Below are positions 60,453 through 64,000 of a stretch of DNA of 64,000 bases, piece by piece. The position numbers and the translations under genes are program-made. Each line of letters begins with the position of its first letter. Position 1 is the first letter of the stretch. The notes below the pieces were generated by a model that saw only the letters and a list, made by a program, of their open reading frames with translations, did no database searches and had not been told where the DNA came from. Location of the stretch: assembly GCA_029262275.1 (NCBI GenBank), contig JAJCZS010000033.1, positions 2,350 through 66,349 on the forward strand, written 5' to 3'. The DNA comes from Deltaproteobacteria bacterium (lineage in GTDB: Bacteria > Desulfobacterota_D > UBA1144 > Nemesobacterales > UBA2774).

Positions 60453-60677
60453 TTATTCTTCGTCAGAATCAAAATCCTTAGCTATGAGTTCACCATCTTT
60501 CTCTTCGGTAAGAATTTTTACTTTCTTCTGTATTTCATCAAGTTTTTTATGAGAATATGCAATCAGTTTAGTGCCTTCTTGAAAAAGCTTTATGGAATCC
60601 TCGAGTGGAAGATTGCCACTTTGTAGCTTATCAACAATTTCTCTTAGCTCATTGATGGAATTCTCAAATGATTTCAT
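60453..60677 (-). CDS. xseB: Exodeoxyribonuclease VII small subunit
   Basis: 74 aa helical protein with an XseB-like pattern (FE.S...LE.IV..LE.G.L.LE.S...F..G). 2-bp spacing to ispA. Confidence 0.78.
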   Translation of the reverse strand: MKSFENSINELREIVDKLQSGNLPLEDSIKLFQEGTKLIAYSHKKLDEIQKKVKILTEEKDGELIAKDFDSDEE

Positions 60678-60869
60678 ATAGAACTATTTTATCTTTGATA
60701 CAATATGTATACAAGTATTCAAGAATGAATGGGTCTTGGGGGGCGAATATTACATTTTGAGAATTATGTTCCTCTTCCGGTTGCCGCTCAAAATATTATA
60801 TTAAGGGGGATAACTATGTATCCCCCTCCCCTTGTCTATTTTTTTATAAACCTAATAGATTAATCAAAA

Positions 60870-61100
60870 TTAGTGAGTAGCATCGTTTGCAGCATCACCA
60901 GCAGCATCAGCAGCGTCGTTTGCAGCATCACCAGCAGCATCGGCAGCATCGTTTGCAGCATCTTCAACAGGAGCTGTTTCGATTACAACCTCTTCTTCAG
61001 TAACTTCAGCCTCTCCAGCAGGCTGCTCAGCCTGTTGTGGGCATCCGGCCAATCCTAAAGCTAAAACTAGTCCAGCGAATAATATGAAACTTCTTAACAT
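60870..61100 (-). CDS. Small lipoprotein with tandem DAANDAADAAG repeats (hypothetical)
   Basis: 76 aa. Signal peptide with lipobox LAGC, an acidic linker, then ~2.5 copies of an 11-aa Ala/Asp repeat. Confidence 0.55.
   Translation of the reverse strand: MLRSFILFAGLVLALGLAGCPQQAEQPAGEAEVTEEEVVIETAPVEDAANDAADAAGDAANDAADAAGDAANDATH
60881..60962. repeat. 33-bp tandem repeat (~2.5 copies) inside the small lipoprotein gene
   Basis: CATCGTTTGCAGCATCACCAGCAGCATCAGCAG is repeated head-to-tail with one or two substitutions per copy. Confidence 0.8.
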
Positions 61101-61230
61101 AGAATCAATACCTCCTTTGAGTTTTTCATACTAACTTTTATCCGACCAGGGATTATAACCATCCCCTAAACCAATTTACAATATTTATTGACCGAAATCT
61201 ATAACATTTTGAAATTAGTGTGTCATTTGA

Positions 61231-61512
61231 TCAATAGTCATTATCATTTAGCTCTGTTACATCATCAGATTGATTAAATTCTCCAGGCTCTACTTCCTCC
61301 ATAAACTCCGGATCAGGATTTTGCGGCTGGCTATTTTCAAAGTTATCAGCATCGACAGGGTCATTATACACAGACGGATCATAGCTATCCTCAAGCTGTT
61401 CATCCTGTGCAAAAGCGATATCCATATCTAGGTGCCAAATACTAAATGTGCTAAATGATGAGATTAAAAAACCTAATGCAAAAATAATAGATAATCTATA
61501 TATGTACATCAT
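61231..61512 (-). CDS. Hypothetical small acidic secreted/membrane-anchored protein (93 aa)
   Basis: N-terminal hydrophobic helix followed by a strongly acidic (D/E/N/P-rich) C-terminal half. No family recognised. Confidence 0.4.
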   Translation of the reverse strand: MMYIYRLSIIFALGFLISSFSTFSIWHLDMDIAFAQDEQLEDSYDPSVYNDPVDADNFENSQPQNPDPEFMEEVEPGEFNQSDDVTELNDNDY

Positions 61513-61550
61513 ATTAGGTTCTCCCTTGCTATTAACAATATCATATAAAT

Positions 61551-62939
61551 TTATATCTTCCGCCCGCCTTTACCGCTACGCCAATGCTCCTCGATCTGCT
61601 CTAAGCTGAGCCCCTTTGTCTCAGGCATATAGAAATAGACATATGCAAATGACACTACACACAGAGCTGCGTAGAGCCAGAAAGTGTCTGGCCTTCCCAA
61701 GGTTTCAATTAAACTAAGGAAGGTTAGTGTAACAATCAGGTACGTGGCCCAAATAACTGCTGTTACAAGGCTCATGGCAAGCCCTCTTACACTAAGGGGG
61801 TATATCTCGGAAATCACAAGCTGGACGACTGTTCCAGGCCCTAGAGTCCAGGCAGCGACAAAAAAGATAAGACTAGCTACGGTCAAATACCCCATGAACC
61901 CTCCACCGGTTTTTTGGAAATAGAAAGTTATTCCTAAAACTATCAAGCCTACGCACATTCCAGCTAGTCCCACGAGCATGGTGGGCCTCCTACCAAGTCT
62001 GTCCATAAGATTCATCGCAACAATAGACATAACAACAAAGACAATACCCAATCCTACAGTTTCAAGTATCGCTGTGGACGCTGAATGAAAACCGGCAAGC
62101 TCAAAGATAGTTGGTGCATAAAAAGTAGCAAGGGAAAGACCTGTAAGCTGCCTTATCATAGCAAGCCCCAAACCAAGCACCAAAGCAGGTCTCATCACAG
62201 GGCCTATTAGTTCATGCCAATTTGGCTTAGCCTGATCAAGAGTGTTCTTAATACCGGACAGTTCATTGTCTACTTGATTTGTTCCCCTTATGCGCATAAG
62301 GATGTCTCTTGCCTTATCGTCATGTCCATGCTTGATGAGCCACCTTGGACTCTCTGGGAGGAAAAACATCCCTACAAACAACAAGAATGCTGGCACAAGA
62401 CCTACAGCAAACATTAGACGCCACTGACTGTAAGCTGAGAAGTAATAATCTACTAGATAGGAAATTAGAACCCCGCTTAATATAGCAAATACAAAGATCG
62501 ACACGAGCCTACCACGGTTTGTTGGAGATGATATCTCTGAGATATAAAGAGGCACTACGAAGGAAAGCACACCGAAAGCAGCACCTACTACTATTCGGGC
62601 AATTATTAACAACAAAATATCATGAGCCAATACTGTGCCAAGAACTCCAATGAATGAAATTACAGCGCATATAATTAGAAGCTTCCGACGCCCAAGTTTA
62701 TCACAGAGTCTGCCTCCGAGCGCAGCCCCCAACATTGCGCCAAATAGAACGGAGCTCAGTACAAGCTCTTGCGAGAAAGGAGAGAGGTTAAATTCCTTTT
62801 TGATAAATAATATTGCACCAGCAATGCCGGCAAGATCGTAGCCATAAATAAGACCCCCAAGCGAGGAGATGGAAACAGCTATATATAAAAACAAAGTGGT
62901 ATCACTTTTTGGAACATCTTTACTCAGAGTCTCAGACAT
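61551..62939 (-). CDS. MFS transporter, sugar porter family
   Basis: 462 aa, 12 TM helices. Motifs GRLCDKLGRRKLL and PESPRWL are diagnostic of the sugar-porter subfamily. Confidence 0.85.
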   Translation of the reverse strand: MSETLSKDVPKSDTTLFLYIAVSISSLGGLIYGYDLAGIAGAILFIKKEFNLSPFSQELVLSSVLFGAMLGAALGGRLCDKLGRRKLLIICAVISFIGVLGTVLAHDILLLIIARIVVGAAFGVLSFVVPLYISEISSPTNRGRLVSIFVFAILSGVLISYLVDYYFSAYSQWRLMFAVGLVPAFLLFVGMFFLPESPRWLIKHGHDDKARDILMRIRGTNQVDNELSGIKNTLDQAKPNWHELIGPVMRPALVLGLGLAMIRQLTGLSLATFYAPTIFELAGFHSASTAILETVGLGIVFVVMSIVAMNLMDRLGRRPTMLVGLAGMCVGLIVLGITFYFQKTGGGFMGYLTVASLIFFVAAWTLGPGTVVQLVISEIYPLSVRGLAMSLVTAVIWATYLIVTLTFLSLIETLGRPDTFWLYAALCVVSFAYVYFYMPETKGLSLEQIEEHWRSGKGGRKI

Positions 62940-63106
62940 AATCTGAGATTAACTCTATTGGAGTCTAAAAACAATTTCTCAGTATAATTCTTTTTTGAAT
63001 TTAATCATCCTAAAAAGATTAGAAGTGTTGTTTATAGAAACTACCAATCGATTAAACTCTTTGATTGTTCAATACAAACAGGATAATTACTGATTACAAA
63101 GATACT

Positions 63107-64000
63107 ATGAAAGCACATTTTGAACTAAAAAACATATTGCAAAGTATTGATGGGGAGCCCTGTGATTCCTACAAATCCATTGAAGGTGAGTATCTTTTTA
63201 ACAGCTACACCCTGCTCATTGATAATGTTGTTGAAAACGCTCCAAGTAGAATAAGAGTAAGGATTTCACAAGACGTAGCAGGATTTCCGGATGACACCTA
63301 CAAAAACAGATCTCGCGAGATTGCACTTAGAGATTTTATTACCCGCAAGTTCCAAGAGGGAATTTCCAAGTACATTTCTGACGGTGGAAAAAGCAGCCAA
63401 ATAATGATTGATAGTCCTGGACAGGAAATACTTGAGCGCACGTCTGCTTTTATAGATAAATCATTTGTAGAAATCAGATTTACCATAGAGCTGTCAAAAA
63501 ATGAAGAAAAAATAACCGCAAAAGAAGTAGAAATTCTTTTATTTGAAGAACTACCTCAAATAGTAGAATCTTCTGCTATTTTTGAGAACCTGGACAAAGA
63601 TTCCCTCTATACACATATAGAAACTTCAGAAGATGCTGACTTTCTAAGGAATGAGCTTGAGAATTTAAGGCTAATCGCTTTTGTAGCTGAAGGAAGTATT
63701 CTTCCCAGGGAATCTGAGACAAGCCCCCTTCCATTAAAAGATGCTACTGTAGTGCCATTTTTATCCCCCTACATACTGAGAATGGATATTGAGCTTCCGA
63801 ATCGGGGGCAGATTTCTGGTTTGGGCATCCCAAGAGGTATTACTGTTATCACAGGTGAAGGATCGCAAGGAAAATCAACCCTCCTAAACGCAATAGAGCA
63901 AGGTATTTATAATCACATTCCAGGGGATGGAAGAGAATATGTTGTGAGCAATCCTAATTCTGTAAGAATTCGCTCTGAGAAGGAAAGAAATATCACTAAT
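63107..64000 (+). CDS. Predicted ABC-class ATPase (PF09818/COG3044-like), 5' partial at window end
   Basis: ORF starts at ATG 63107 and runs off the window (298 codons). Walker A-like GEGSQGKSTLLNAI lies ~265 aa from the start, as in the uncharacterised ABC_ATPase family. Confidence 0.5.
   Translation, partial: MKAHFELKNILQSIDGEPCDSYKSIEGEYLFNSYTLLIDNVVENAPSRIRVRISQDVAGFPDDTYKNRSREIALRDFITRKFQEGISKYISDGGKSSQIMIDSPGQEILERTSAFIDKSFVEIRFTIELSKNEEKITAKEVEILLFEELPQIVESSAIFENLDKDSLYTHIETSEDADFLRNELENLRLIAFVAEGSILPRESETSPLPLKDATVVPFLSPYILRMDIELPNRGQISGLGIPRGITVITGEGSQGKSTLLNAIEQGIYNHIPGDGREYVVSNPNSVRIRSEKERNITN

Noticed and set aside
1-64000. Scan for tRNA/rRNA genes, CRISPR repeats, IS elements and integrases
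   Set aside because: No GGTTCGAATCC-type T-arm motifs in intergenic regions. No regularly spaced direct repeats. No transposase- or integrase-like ORFs. None reported.

Overview
Bacterial chromosomal window, roughly 40% GC by eye, with dense coding on both strands (about 60 CDS). No rRNA genes, tRNA genes, CRISPR arrays, transposases or integrases were recognised. Most genes are core housekeeping: clpB, pyrF, proS, glgA, eda, sufS and sufU, a cobA-hemD fusion, rsmE, recN, rpoD, proA, cysC, ndk, lipB, holA, rpsT, tlyA, ispA, xseB and rfbB. The envelope and energy-metabolism genes (ExbB/ExbD, a System I cytochrome c maturation cluster, lipoproteins) point to a Gram-negative bacterium.

The stretches worth a second look are:
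- **Variant ccm cluster.** CcmE carries a Cys-x3-Tyr heme-binding motif in place of the usual His. The cluster is interrupted by a cytochrome P460 gene, an internal terminator, two paralogous polytopic membrane proteins and an anchored periplasmic protein. It ends in an unusual cytochrome c fusion protein.
- **Carbamoyltransferase trio.** An unlisted 59-aa ORF (DUF5989/SxtK-like) and a 92-aa membrane protein flank a NodU/CmcH-type carbamoyltransferase.
- **Fur-adjacent low-GC HEPN gene.** A low-GC gene encoding an HEPN-type R-N-x3-H motif sits directly downstream of a Fur-family regulator.
- **Nitroreductase-like protein plus B12 radical SAM pair.** An atypical 436-aa protein with an N-terminal nitroreductase/SagB-like signature is followed by a B12-binding radical SAM enzyme. 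The pair lies next to a tandem-UspA, VIT1 and Zn-ADH stress island.
- **Trp-rich secreted protein.** A secreted protein with a W-rich N-domain, a His/Tyr-rich segment and a long Lys/Asn/Ser-rich tail sits in an apparent operon with an acidic 130-aa protein.
- **Pyruvoyl-dependent arginine decarboxylase.** A PdaD-type enzyme, rare in bacteria, is present.
- **Small RHH-like ORF.** It sits behind an extended nitroreductase-family gene.

All functional calls come from motif and family recognition in the translated ORFs. No database search was run.
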